Source of the DNA: Promethearchaeota archaeon
GTDB taxonomy: Archaea; Asgardarchaeota; Thorarchaeia; Thorarchaeales; Thorarchaeaceae
Direction of reading: 5' to 3'
Length of the DNA stretch: 64,000 bases
Assembly (NCBI GenBank): GCA_048939765.1
Contig: JBHLPF010000007.1
Span: forward strand, 28,511 to 92,510
How positions within the stretch are numbered: position 1 is the stretch's first letter; every line of letters starts with the position of its first letter. Shown piece after piece: positions 48,955 through 58,884 of the stretch. The notes beneath the pieces were generated by a model. It saw nothing but the letters and a program-made list of their open reading frames with translations, had not been told where the DNA came from and did no database searches. The position numbers were made by a program, and so were the translations under genes.

Positions 48955-50064
48955 AGGGTCGAAAAGCGTCTGAAGTCTGTCCCATGATGGATACTCATAT
49001 GCAATACCTATCTCTAGAGCATCGCCATTCTTCACAGATGACCTGAGATCTTCGACAATCTCTGCAAGTATCCAACCAGCTATCTCGATTCTCTTCCTAG
49101 GCAAATCGATATTCAACTGATCTGATGGAACATCGAATTGTGATTCGAGGACGTTTCTGATTTCACTCAGGATTTCAGAGCCTAGTTCTTCTCCGTGAGG
49201 TGCTCTAATCACGCCAAGTATCAAGAGAGGCTCATCGTCTGCACGTTCTTCAAAATCCCTTGCAGTTCTCTCAAGACGGCGTTCCAGACGATTACGCATC
49301 TGTACAGCATCTTTGAAGTGGGCAGAACAGTAGTGGACTGAGATCGTTTCTAGCTCTTCTGCAGACCATTTGATTAACTCATCAGCAACCTCCGCACTCC
49401 CAGCAATGGATGCTGAGCCCATATCTCTTAGTCTTAGGCCAAGGGAGCTGAGTGATTCGAAGTTGGTTTCACTGCTCTCCAGTTCGTTGATATTTAGGAA
49501 TGAAACTCCAATTGCTTCAGCTCTCTTGGCAGTCTTCTTCAGTGATTCAATCTCGCCAGGGATAGCTGGAACCTCAATCCCTACATCCATTCCAAGACTC
49601 ACAGCTGTTTCGATGGCAGGCCAATTGTCGGTCATTGGATGGAATCTAATCTCGTCTAGGCCGGCTTCGTGTAGGTCCTTGATCTGCTGTTTATCGGCAT
49701 CTGATTGGGAGGTATAGAGATGGATATGGAAATCATTACCCTGAGAGTCCTTCAGGAGTGATATATACCCGAGCGTTCTTTGTATTCGACAGAGTGGGTC
49801 GCCTCCGCTAAAGCCTGCGCCTTCAGCACCTATAGCCTCCAATTCCTCAAGGACGTCATTGTCGTTATGTACCGGCATTTCATCGGCGAATACAACATCA
49901 TTTCCCGCTTTGTCTTGAGATAATGGACAGTAGAAACAGGCACTATCGCATAAGCCAGTGACAAATAGGACCATCTTGGAGCCTACAGCGCACATTTTGC
50001 AGCCAGCTGGCATCTGTCCAACAAGCAGTGATTCTCCCGTGGTCTTGTGAATTAAACGCATCAA
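48949..50064 (-). CDS. Radical SAM protein (COG2108-like)
   Basis: VLFVTGLCDSACFYCP, GGDP, HIHLYT, LDEIRFHP, NINELE. Confidence 0.88.
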   Translation of the reverse strand: MMRLIHKTTGESLLVGQMPAGCKMCAVGSKMVLFVTGLCDSACFYCPLSQDKAGNDVVFADEMPVHNDNDVLEELEAIGAEGAGFSGGDPLCRIQRTLGYISLLKDSQGNDFHIHLYTSQSDADKQQIKDLHEAGLDEIRFHPMTDNWPAIETAVSLGMDVGIEVPAIPGEIESLKKTAKRAEAIGVSFLNINELESSETNFESLSSLGLRLRDMGSASIAGSAEVADELIKWSAEELETISVHYCSAHFKDAVQMRNRLERRLERTARDFEERADDEPLLILGVIRAPHGEELGSEILSEIRNVLESQFDVPSDQLNIDLPRKRIEIAGWILAEIVEDLRSSVKNGDALEIGIAYEYPSWDRLQTLFDPL

Positions 50065-50074
50065 CGTGGCACCT

Positions 50075-50776
50075 CTACTGCCCTCTTCGCCCTATTGTTC
50101 GTCTTATAGCTGGATCACTGTCCTTTAGACTCTTAGCTATGGTTTCAAAGCTCTCTTCCTCTGAGAGTGGCCTAGTGAGGTACACTCCAGTTCTCCCCAC
50201 ATTATCACGTCTCGTTAGCACACGTACACGCTCCTGAGCAATTGCGATACTCACTCCAATCCTCTTGGCAACTTCATGCTCATAGCCAATGACCCCGCGT
50301 TCCATATGACCAGTTTTCGTAGGTTCTATCAGAACCAGTCGTTTGTCGACACCTGGCACACGAACTTCTTCGTGAATCTGGTCGATATTCACCTGTCCGC
50401 CCCACTGATAGAACTCCTCTTCTCTAGGCATGAGCTTGAAGAGTGGGAAAGTCACGACCAATTCGTTGCTTAGATGAATATGAGCCTTCATCACTGTTGA
50501 GGGGGTTGCCTGTACAATTTCTCTATGAACTCCTCTTCCAATAGTCACTTCGACCTTGTAACTTGATACAGGATAAGGCAGAATGACATCAATGTCCGAA
50601 GATATGTGAATGTCTCCGCGTGCAATAGACCCGTAGGCGAACGGCCTCATGCCTGCATCATCAAGCTTCTGCATAACCTCCAATGCCTTCTCACGTAATG
50701 ACCCTAGCAGACGCCAGTGATTGTCATCGTAGACAACCTCTCGAGTTTCATGCAGGATTTCGGGTCGTTTTGTCAT
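50075..50776 (-). CDS. Minimal nucleotidyltransferase (COG2413-like)
   Basis: YGSIARGD..SDID, RVPGVDKRL, RRDNVGRTG. Confidence 0.88.
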   Translation of the reverse strand: MTKRPEILHETREVVYDDNHWRLLGSLREKALEVMQKLDDAGMRPFAYGSIARGDIHISSDIDVILPYPVSSYKVEVTIGRGVHREIVQATPSTVMKAHIHLSNELVVTFPLFKLMPREEEFYQWGGQVNIDQIHEEVRVPGVDKRLVLIEPTKTGHMERGVIGYEHEVAKRIGVSIAIAQERVRVLTRRDNVGRTGVYLTRPLSEEESFETIAKSLKDSDPAIRRTIGRRGQ

Positions 50777-50777
50777 T

Positions 50778-51707
50778 TCACTCAGCTCTTAGAGCAGCAA
50801 GCATTGAGCAAACTTTGCAGATTCTTGATGAACTTGGATCACCACATATATCGCATCTTTGGAAATTCGACATGTCAGCACTCTGTTCAAATGCCTCAGC
50901 TATTGATTCGGATGACCGTAGAATCGCTAGAAGCGTACCTGGACGCTTGTGCTCCATACGATTCAAGAATCCACGAATATCGTTTCGATAGGCCTCGACA
51001 GCATATGGACAGGGTACATCATGATATGGAAGTAAGTGATGGTGAGTGTAAGCAACAATGTCTCTTTCGGAGAGCTCTTTGATGGGCTTAACGCGAGGAA
51101 CGAGGCCACCTATTGGACTTGCTCTGGACCTGTTGGTACGAGCCATTCGACGGCTGTCACCTCGCATCATGTTCATAATGATAGTCTGCGCTTCGTCATC
51201 CAGATTGTGTCCAGTAACGACAACGTCAGCCGCCAGTTCTTTCGCTGCTGTGTTTATAGCTCGCCTTCTTAGAACACCGCAGTATGAACATGCACCCACT
51301 AAGTCATCATCACGACTGCTGACAATCTCATCCAATGACTGGCCAAAAATGCTTGAAAAGTCCCGTACTTCGAGTTTCAGGCTCAGATTGGATGTCAATT
51401 CCTTAGCAGATCTCAGTGCTTTGTCACGATATCCTCGTATTCCTTCGTCAATGGTAATGGGCACTAGCTCAACGCTCGGAAAATCTTGTTCGATTCGGAA
51501 CAACACATCCAATAGAGCTGCACTGTCCTTCCCCCCTGAAACCGCGACAGCTATTCGATCATCTTCACGTAGCATTTTCTCTCTGTTTATGGTGCGTCGT
51601 ACTCTTTGCAGTGTGGTAGATGTCAGACAAGCTTTGCACAGCCGCTCGGCGGTGTACCTTCTCAGATATACTGCGGGATTTCCACACTTCGAGCACTCGA
51701 TAGACAT
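50778..51707 (-). CDS. tRNA 2-thiolation PP-loop ATPase (NcsA/TtuA/Ncs6, TIGR00269 type)
   Basis: Terminal Zn fingers, SGGKDS, CSYCGVLRR, TGHNLDDEAQ; start refined to ATG 51707. Confidence 0.92.
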   Translation of the reverse strand: MSIECSKCGNPAVYLRRYTAERLCKACLTSTTLQRVRRTINREKMLREDDRIAVAVSGGKDSAALLDVLFRIEQDFPSVELVPITIDEGIRGYRDKALRSAKELTSNLSLKLEVRDFSSIFGQSLDEIVSSRDDDLVGACSYCGVLRRRAINTAAKELAADVVVTGHNLDDEAQTIIMNMMRGDSRRMARTNRSRASPIGGLVPRVKPIKELSERDIVAYTHHHLLPYHDVPCPYAVEAYRNDIRGFLNRMEHKRPGTLLAILRSSESIAEAFEQSADMSNFQRCDICGDPSSSRICKVCSMLAALRAE

Positions 51708-51869
51708 GGGTGGTACTCCTAGCAGACTGTGACCGGAATCGCAGTTAAAGACTCTCCTAACCCATTTCTTCGTTTCATTGTGAGTGAACCACAACAGCAA
51801 GAAACCACTCTGTATCATTAATATGCAACTCTCGGTTTCTGGAATTGAGAGTAGTATAGCAAGGATAGG

Positions 51870-52364
51870 ATGCCAATGAATGGTGACAAGGCTGATGATA
51901 AGGCCAAGACCATCTGGACCCCTCTCCGCATAGCTGTTTCGATATCAATATGGTCCCTTGTGACACCATTTCGCGTCCAAATCACACAGACTTCTAGGTC
52001 TGTGATTCTGCTTATATATGCTGGAGCATGGGGGTATGGTAGAGTAACTCCGTGGACGGACCTGCCCCTAACCATTGACGCTATCTATACATATGCAATG
52101 TTTCCGTATTTTTCAATTGGACTAGCCATCGCCTATTTAGTCTGGAGATGGGCTCAAAAAGGAGATCTGACTAAGATGCAATACATTGAAAGAGTCCTTC
52201 TTCTTCAATTGGCACACGTGATATTCGTACTGATTCTCTTTCCCTGTCCATATTCATCTGGTTCGGTCATTACTTGTTTACCTACACCGACAGCTGGGCT
52301 ATTCGCGTTGCCTTTTGTGACCAAGGTAGTGAGAGAGATATCATCGCCATGGCAGGACAATTGA
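51870..52364 (+). CDS. Hypothetical membrane protein
   Basis: Several hydrophobic segments; fills the gap between flanking genes. Confidence 0.6.
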   Translation: MPMNGDKADDKAKTIWTPLRIAVSISIWSLVTPFRVQITQTSRSVILLIYAGAWGYGRVTPWTDLPLTIDAIYTYAMFPYFSIGLAIAYLVWRWAQKGDLTKMQYIERVLLLQLAHVIFVLILFPCPYSSGSVITCLPTPTAGLFALPFVTKVVREISSPWQDN

Positions 52365-52468
52365 ATGTGAGGCAACTGCAACATCTAGAGGCAGACTGCT
52401 ATAGTGCCATCTATTGTTCTTCTCAACTAGTAGTGTTCTGTGTGGGCTGGTTTTTGACGGGATGGAAT

Positions 52469-52894
52469 TCAGATTTTGGGTCGTTCAGGCCTCTTGATGG
52501 TCCTTTCCTCTGGCTCTTCCACCACATGTAGTTTGGTGGCTTGAATAGCAGCCTTTGAAACCCTGAAGTTTGCTGCGTGAGCTATGTCATCAACTGTCCT
52601 ATGCCATTCTGCGGGCGAAAGCGCACTGTGTATCTCTTTGAGGGCTTCACCCAACCGCTCAACTCGAGCAAGGCACTCCACTCTGTCATTTGATAGCCGT
52701 TTCTCATCAAAAAAGAGCAAAGCATGGCCCTTTAGGGCTTCCCAGTCGATATCAGAATTAGATTGAAGAAGCAGCTTCAGTCTTGCGAGGGGTTCAGTCC
52801 AAGAACCTGGAAGAAACATTGTGAGATAGTCAGTAAGTGCCTTACGGGCCTTCTCACGAGCATCCTGTATTGTACCTATCTGTGCAGTGATCAT
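52469..52894 (-). CDS. Hypothetical alpha-helical protein
   Basis: Clean ORF with protein-like composition. Confidence 0.65.
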   Translation of the reverse strand: MITAQIGTIQDAREKARKALTDYLTMFLPGSWTEPLARLKLLLQSNSDIDWEALKGHALLFFDEKRLSNDRVECLARVERLGEALKEIHSALSPAEWHRTVDDIAHAANFRVSKAAIQATKLHVVEEPEERTIKRPERPKI

Positions 52895-52963
52895 TTTGCA
52901 TCGGTGAATTGTCCAAATGGTCCCTTTTTAGGTCAGATAATTGGATGCTGTGGTTGGATTGAC

Positions 52964-54142
52964 CTAGAATATTGCCTTCCCTAAGACTAGACTGAGGATG
53001 ATGCTGCCGAGGAGAATTGTGATAGAGAGTATTCGTGCTGGCCACATCACATACTTGATCTTCTGCTGATCTTCGGTGACAAGGCTCAATGCATTGCTCA
53101 GTAACTTGTCCCCATCAAATGCCGGTATTGGAAGAAGATTGAGCAATCCTATGGAAATTAGAATGATCCATAGCCAGGAAAGGATCTGCTGTGCATGAAA
53201 CACAGTGAGAGGGGTGAATATCACATCCCAGCCCGGTTTTGGTTCCCAATTGTCTGCGCCAAATACCCCGATATAACCAAGTGATGCATTTGACGGATTC
53301 TCAGCTAGAATAATGGTAGGTGAGGACCCATCTTTGAGGTGTAGAGTGAGTAAGGAGCCTGATGTCGTGTTAGCCATGAATAGCCCTACATCGAGCCATG
53401 TGTTGATCTCTGTGTCATTGAGACCCACGATGACATCACCAATCTGTAGAGCCGCAGCCCCTGGTGACCCTGCCTGCGTTTCATAGATGTATGCTCCGTT
53501 TGGTGGATTATAGGCAATCGACGCTATCGGATTGAAGTTGGCTATCAGTATGAGGACTATGAGTCCGGTGATTAGGTTGGCAAAGGACCCTGCGGCGAGC
53601 ATTCTCATCCTTGACTTTGGTCCGGCCTTTTGCTCAAACGTTTCTTCATCAGGCTCAACGAATCCTCCAAATATCACATAGAAGAAGAGAAGGCCTGAGC
53701 TCTTTATCGGGATATCCTCACGAGATGATGCCAGCCCGTGTGCAAACTCGTGGGTGATGAGTGTCACGGCAAGACCAATCAGCATGTAGACTAGAGGAAG
53801 ACCAGTGATTGTCACTCCAGGAATGATTGGCACAACCCCGCCAGCCTGAGCGGGCTGAGTGAAGAATTTGATGAAATTATCAGCAAAGATGTAGAAACCG
53901 AAAATCATTCCTCCGAACCCCACAGCCACTCCGACATTCCAGAAGGCTCGTGGTGACTTCTTTCCCCACTTTGTGAGGAAGGCGTTCAATCGTTCTGTCT
54001 TAATGAGGAGGAAGAATGGTGTGCTAGCCTCAATGCCCCTTTCGTTGAGCTTCTCAAAGCCAATATACTGAGCGAGGATGAAGACCAGAATCCAGATGAA
54101 TGCTGCAATTGCTAGAAAGGTGAGGGGGTCCATGCTGTTCAA
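52964..54142 (-). CDS. Site-2 protease (M50) with PDZ domain
   Basis: HEFAH, GGFVEPD, AGSFAN, GSPGAAALQIGD, NLLPIPAFDG. Confidence 0.94.
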   Translation of the reverse strand: MNSMDPLTFLAIAAFIWILVFILAQYIGFEKLNERGIEASTPFFLLIKTERLNAFLTKWGKKSPRAFWNVGVAVGFGGMIFGFYIFADNFIKFFTQPAQAGGVVPIIPGVTITGLPLVYMLIGLAVTLITHEFAHGLASSREDIPIKSSGLLFFYVIFGGFVEPDEETFEQKAGPKSRMRMLAAGSFANLITGLIVLILIANFNPIASIAYNPPNGAYIYETQAGSPGAAALQIGDVIVGLNDTEINTWLDVGLFMANTTSGSLLTLHLKDGSSPTIILAENPSNASLGYIGVFGADNWEPKPGWDVIFTPLTVFHAQQILSWLWIILISIGLLNLLPIPAFDGDKLLSNALSLVTEDQQKIKYVMWPARILSITILLGSIILSLVLGKAIF

Positions 54143-54339
54143 GTCTCGTGGGGTGGTTCTTTGTGTCAGGAAAGGTGGAAGTTATAATGATTGTGTCCTA
54201 GGCCAATTGCAGCAATGCTGGACTCAAGTCGAATTCCACTGGGTTCGACCGCAATCCTCATAAAGTGATGCACTCTGGCTACGCCGCCGGACAGGCCTAG
54301 GACCATCCTGGTATAGTTTCAAGGTAGGCGAACAGTTAG

Positions 54340-54723
54340 TTGCCATTCAAGTTAGTAATCTCCGACCCTGAAGAAGGAAAGGCCATCCAATATGAGCTGG
54401 ATGATGCCAAGACCAACGCATTAGTTGGCAAGAGTGTGGGCGATGTTGTGGAGGGCGATGCGCTCGGTCTCCCAGGATACAAGTTGAAGATAACTGGCGG
54501 GAGTGACGCATCTGGCTTTCCGATACGCCCAGATGTTCATGGTAGTGGGAAAAAGAGAATTCTGATCAAGGGACCTCCCGGTTTCAGGTCCAAGAGGAAG
54601 GGAATGGCAAAGAGAAGGACCGTTCGAGGCAGAGAACTCAACTTGGACATATCTCAGGTCAACATGAGAATCGAGGAGAAAGGGAGTACCCCACTCGAAG
54701 AGCTTGTGATGAAGGCTGCATAA
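54340..54723 (+). CDS. rps6e: 30S ribosomal protein eS6
   Basis: KLVISDP, ITGGSDASGFP, RRTVRG. Confidence 0.97.
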   Translation: MPFKLVISDPEEGKAIQYELDDAKTNALVGKSVGDVVEGDALGLPGYKLKITGGSDASGFPIRPDVHGSGKKRILIKGPPGFRSKRKGMAKRRTVRGRELNLDISQVNMRIEEKGSTPLEELVMKAA

Positions 54724-54813
54724 CAGGTTTTGCTGTGAGCGAACCACAGACTTTAAACCACCTTCGGGTGTTTCAGAGCATATTGGACCAGGACACTTGG
54801 AAGTGACGATTAG

Positions 54814-56046
54814 GTGTACGAAGGACAGTCTGAGATAAGCATTGGCACACTGGGTCATGTCGACCATGGAAAGACGACCCTTGTGGAACACCTCACTGGA
54901 GAGTGGACAGATCGTCATTCAGATGAGGTAAGAAGGGGGATCTCAATCAGGCTTGGGTACGCAGCGACCACTCTCATGAAGTGTACAAATTGCCAAGAAC
55001 CTGAGGCATACACAACATCCCACTTGGCACAGGATGGAAAGTGTCCGAAATGCCAAGGGAAGCTGGAACCCCTCCGTGAGATTTCGTTCGTAGACAGTCC
55101 TGGTCACGAGTCCTTGATGGCAACCTGCCTTAGTGGAGCAAGCCTCATGGATGGCGCAATTCTAGTTATCGCAGCCAATGAGCCCTGTCCAATGCCACAG
55201 ACCTCTGAACACCTCCGTGCTCTGGAGATCGTTGGCGTTGAGAAGATAATCATCGTGCAAAACAAAATAGAACTGGTTTCTAAAGAAGAAGCCATAGACC
55301 ACTACAATCAGATCAAGGCATTTGTCAAGGGCACAACAGCCGAAGACGCACCGATAGTCCCTGTTTCAGCTGTGTTTGGAGCAAACACAGACCTGCTCAT
55401 CCAGAAGATAGAGGAAGTGATTCCGACCCCTAAGAGAGATGCGGAGGCAGTTCCAAAGATGTTCGTGGCAAGATCCTTTGATATCAATAAACCAGGAAGC
55501 CTACCAGACCAGCTACGAGGTGGTGTAGTTGGAGGCTCTATTGTCAGGGGCGTTTTGAAGATAGGGGATGAGATAGAGATAACGCCAGGGTCTCGAGGAG
55601 AAAAAGGATTCTCTCCGATTCGAGCAAAGATAACTAGTCTGCTCTCAGGAAGTGGAAACGAACTAGCTGAGGCTCGTCCGGGAGGCCTGATAGGCGTAGG
55701 AACCGCCCTTGATCCTGCATCTACTCGTGCAGACAGGCTCGTCGGAAATGTTGTTGGCAGAGTAGGTAAGATGCCAAAGGCCATTGACAAGATAATGATC
55801 GAGCCAATTCTGATGGAGAGAGTTGTGGGAATGGAGTCTGAAAGGGACGTAGGGAATCTCAGACACAATGAGCCCCTTATGCTTGTTGTCGGGACTGCAG
55901 CCACCGTAGGGGTAATCACTCGACTTCATGGAAAGGAGATTGAGCTTGAGCTCAAGAGACCCGTGGTTGTGGAGAAAGGACAACGGATTGCCATTGGACG
56001 CAGAGTCGAGAATAAGTGGCGACTAATTGGGTACGCTGAAACTTGA
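54814..56046 (+). CDS. eif2g: Translation initiation factor 2 gamma subunit
   Basis: GHVDHGKT, RGISIRLGY, DSPGH, NKIE, RSFDINKPG, WRLIG. Confidence 0.97.
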   Translation: MYEGQSEISIGTLGHVDHGKTTLVEHLTGEWTDRHSDEVRRGISIRLGYAATTLMKCTNCQEPEAYTTSHLAQDGKCPKCQGKLEPLREISFVDSPGHESLMATCLSGASLMDGAILVIAANEPCPMPQTSEHLRALEIVGVEKIIIVQNKIELVSKEEAIDHYNQIKAFVKGTTAEDAPIVPVSAVFGANTDLLIQKIEEVIPTPKRDAEAVPKMFVARSFDINKPGSLPDQLRGGVVGGSIVRGVLKIGDEIEITPGSRGEKGFSPIRAKITSLLSGSGNELAEARPGGLIGVGTALDPASTRADRLVGNVVGRVGKMPKAIDKIMIEPILMERVVGMESERDVGNLRHNEPLMLVVGTAATVGVITRLHGKEIELELKRPVVVEKGQRIAIGRRVENKWRLIGYAET

Positions 56047-56471
56047 AGGAAAAGCTCGTGAATAAAGTGGCCATTCTTGTCGTGGTTGATACCAACTTCC
56101 TCACCGTGCCCCCTCAGTTTGGGCTAGACGTCTTCTCTGAGGCTGAAACGATTCTGGAGCAACGAGTGGAATTTGTAATTCTTGATTCTGTCTTACAGGA
56201 AATCAACAAACTTGCAAGAACAGCAAAGGGTAGTGATAAGCGTGCGTTTCGCATTGCTTTGAAACTCGCTGACAATTGCAGGAAAGTGGATGTTCAAGAC
56301 ACGCATTCAGAAATGACTGTTGATGACCAGCTCATAGAATATACAGCTCAGACTGGTGGTGTGTTGGCGACAAATGACAAGGACCTGCGGGCTCGTGCGC
56401 GAACGCGGGGGCTTCCTGTTTTGCTTCTCAGGAGCAAGAAGCGGCTTGCTCTCGAAGGAGAAGTGTCGTAG
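56043..56471 (+). CDS. PIN-domain nuclease (Fcf1/Utp24-like)
   Basis: VDTNFL, DD, ATNDKDL; conserved position between eif2g and rpo7. Confidence 0.88.
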   Translation: MKEKLVNKVAILVVVDTNFLTVPPQFGLDVFSEAETILEQRVEFVILDSVLQEINKLARTAKGSDKRAFRIALKLADNCRKVDVQDTHSEMTVDDQLIEYTAQTGGVLATNDKDLRARARTRGLPVLLLRSKKRLALEGEVS

Positions 56472-56568
56472 GTCTATTCACAATCTTTTTATGTTTACCA
56501 AAGTGTTGCACCGCTGAGCCGTCGGGTCCAGACTAATGCATCTAGGCAATAGTCTGATTATTCTATAA

Positions 56569-57183
56569 TTGTCCAGGCCGGTGATTAAGATATACAGCGT
56601 TGTCACAGTAAGAGATGTTGTCCGGATTCCTCCAAAGGAGTTTGGTTCTCAAATAGAAGATGCTGCAATGGTCCATTTGCGTAAACAGCACGAGAATGTC
56701 CTAGACAGAGATGTCGGACTCATGATTGCTGTCATTGGTATCGATGAGATTGGTCAGGGACGACTCATGCCAGGTGACGGTGCTACCTATCATTCAGTCA
56801 CCTACAAGGTTCTCGTGTTCAAACCAATAAGAGGGGAACTTGTAGAAGGAAATGTAGTCGAGCTGATGGACTTTGGGGCATTCATCAGGATGGGGCCCCT
56901 AGATGGTCTCTGCCACGTGAGCCAGATATGTGATGATTTCATTACTCAAGACTCTAAGGGCAGTGCACTGTTGGGCAAGGAAACTGGAAGGACCCTTGCG
57001 GAGGGAGATAGTGTCAGGGCTCGTATCACTTCAATTAGCTTCGAGTCTGGCAACAGATCTGGAAAGCTGGGTCTCACCATGCGACAACCTTTCCTGGGCA
57101 AGATTGGCCCACAGAACTCATGGGTGGAGGATGATGTCAGAAGTGCCCGTGGGGAGAAATCAAAGAAGGACAAGAAGAAGTAA
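56569..57183 (+). CDS. rpo7: RNA polymerase subunit Rpo7 (E')
   Basis: VRIPP, GDGATY, FGAFIRMGPLDGLCHVSQI, GLTMRQPFLGK. Confidence 0.96.
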   Translation: MSRPVIKIYSVVTVRDVVRIPPKEFGSQIEDAAMVHLRKQHENVLDRDVGLMIAVIGIDEIGQGRLMPGDGATYHSVTYKVLVFKPIRGELVEGNVVELMDFGAFIRMGPLDGLCHVSQICDDFITQDSKGSALLGKETGRTLAEGDSVRARITSISFESGNRSGKLGLTMRQPFLGKIGPQNSWVEDDVRSARGEKSKKDKKK

Positions 57184-57196
57184 CTGAGGAGATTCC

Positions 57197-57409
57197 ATGG
57201 CAAAGCAAAGAGCCTGCAGGTCCTGCCATTTTCTGACAAATGAGGACCAGTGCCCCAACTGTAAAAGTACTAGCCTGTCTACTTCATACACTGGAATAGT
57301 GGTGATTCTCCCAGGGCGAAATAAGAACGAAGATCCACGAAATAGCTCTTACATCGCTGAGCGGCTTAACATTGACAGACCTGGCAAATACGCTCTGAAG
57401 GTTCGCTAG
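57197..57409 (+). CDS. spt4: Transcription elongation factor Spt4 (RpoE'')
   Basis: ACRSCH..CPNC..PGKYALKVR. Confidence 0.95.
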   Translation: MAKQRACRSCHFLTNEDQCPNCKSTSLSTSYTGIVVILPGRNKNEDPRNSSYIAERLNIDRPGKYALKVR

Positions 57410-57512
57410 GCCAGTGATTTCAGATTGTCTGCGGTGAAAGCTTTATTAGACAACCCAAGGTCGAATGGCTGACTCACCTCATAAGTCAGTCCAGATGCAA
57501 AGAGTGATACCA

Positions 57513-57812
57513 ATGAAGATTGAGATTCTTCAAGAGAAAGAGAACAAACCTCTCGCTAGGAAGGAGATAGACTTCAGAGTGGAACATATCGGTGGAACCA
57601 CTCCTAGCAGGGCTGATGTGAAGGGCAAGATAGTGGCTCAGTTTGATGCAGATGCAGATTTAGTGGTGATACGCAGCCTCGATACCAAGTTTGGTGCCGG
57701 GATGACTGAGGGGTCAGCAAGGATATACGTTGATCCTGAACAGATGAAGAGGGTCGAGCTTAATCATATCGTGAAGAGACACCGAACCAAGAAGGCAGGA
57801 GAGGAGTCTTAG
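57513..57812 (+). CDS. rps24e: 30S ribosomal protein eS24
   Basis: ENKPLARKE, GTTPSR, TKFG; start refined to ATG 57513. Confidence 0.95.
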   Translation: MKIEILQEKENKPLARKEIDFRVEHIGGTTPSRADVKGKIVAQFDADADLVVIRSLDTKFGAGMTEGSARIYVDPEQMKRVELNHIVKRHRTKKAGEES

Positions 57813-57971
57813 ATGGCGCACAAGATGTACAAGGTAGACTCGAAGACCGGAAAAGTCACGCCTAACAAGAGAACCTGCCCTCGATGTGAGAAGGGCACCT
57901 ACATGGCTGAACATTTCGATCGCTTCGCATGCGGCCGCTGTGGATATACAGAGTTCAAGCGTAAGAAGTAG
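57813..57971 (+). CDS. rps27ae: 30S ribosomal protein eS31 (S27ae) (below the ORF-track cutoff)
   Basis: Manual translation: [52 protein letters not shown]. Confidence 0.95.
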   Translation: MAHKMYKVDSKTGKVTPNKRTCPRCEKGTYMAEHFDRFACGRCGYTEFKRKK

Positions 57972-58025
57972 CCTTCGAGTTCTTGATTGTTGTTCATTTT
58001 CCTGTGTTTAGTGAGTCCTGTATGG

Positions 58026-58289
58026 TTACTCACCAACGATTGCCATCACCCATCTCACAAACAGAAGGACTCCCATGATTACAGTGAGAAGGATGTCAAC
58101 TCCAAGGACACCTGGTATGAAGACTTCAGCCGACGCGGCAAGAAGGAGTGCGATTGGAAAAGTCACAATGAATGGAAGGGTGGCGATAGTAAGGGATACT
58201 TCTTCACTGGACACCATGGCGTTGACCAGGAGCAAAATCCAGACAGCATAGATTGCAAGCAACAATGAGACCTCTACAAGCATTTGCAT
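58026..58289 (-). CDS. Small three-TM hypothetical membrane protein
   Basis: Almost entirely hydrophobic 87-aa ORF. Confidence 0.7.
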   Translation of the reverse strand: MQMLVEVSLLLAIYAVWILLLVNAMVSSEEVSLTIATLPFIVTFPIALLLAASAEVFIPGVLGVDILLTVIMGVLLFVRWVMAIVGE

Positions 58290-58514
58290 TTGTAACCCTT
58301 CCAGATTCTCTTGGTCAGAATTCTGTGTGCACTACTGGCTATATCTTCCTCGAGTTTCTTGAGAAATTGACGCTTGGGGCTTATTAAGCCCCTATCTGAA
58401 CCCCTGCGTTCAAGGGCGTCATTTTGTTAAGAAATGAACTGTAGAGCAGGTTCAAAATGCAACGAGCTGCTGGATGGATTTCTACCAAGAGAGTCGCATC
58501 TCATTTTGATTGCA

Positions 58515-58652
58515 ATGATACTGCAGCAAAAAGAACCATTCAACAACAGGCCATATTCTCCTGGACCGGAGCCTTTTGGCTTAAGACCCTTCACTTCTCC
58601 TCCAGAAACATGGGGTTTGAAACCATTCACTCCACCACCGGATCTATTTTGA
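58515..58652 (+). CDS. Candidate small peptide made of three 12-aa proline-rich repeats
   Basis: MILQQKEPFNN-RPYSPGPEPFGL-RPFTSPPETWGL-KPFTPPPDLF*; alternative start at 58434; coding strand not fully resolved. Confidence 0.5.
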   Translation: MILQQKEPFNNRPYSPGPEPFGLRPFTSPPETWGLKPFTPPPDLF

Positions 58653-58816
58653 GAGATCAACCTTTCAGTTCAGCCTGAGCCTGTTACATACGCATTCTAT
58701 TCCTGTACAGGTATCAGGTTGAACTGCAACTTGGAAAGAGCCTATGGAGATTCCTCTGAGATGTCCCTTGTTTTAATCGCGTGTATACTTTGGCGAGGGC
58801 AGACAAGTATATGGTG

Positions 58817-58875
58817 TTAACCAAGACCGGTTAATTTATATCCAAATGATGAGTTAACCTGTACAGGTTAACTCA
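58817..58875. promoter_or_regulatory. Two TTAACC-N6-GGTTAA operator sites flanking a TATA box
   Basis: 58817-58834 and the perfect 26-bp palindrome TGAGTTAACCTGTACAGGTTAACTCA (58850-58875); TTTATA at 58835-58840. Confidence 0.75.
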
Positions 58876-58884
58876 CTTAGGAGG

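Noticed and set aside
48949-50064. Radical SAM protein as the missing GRE activase
   Set aside because: Its motifs fit the conserved archaeal COG2108-like family, not GRE activases
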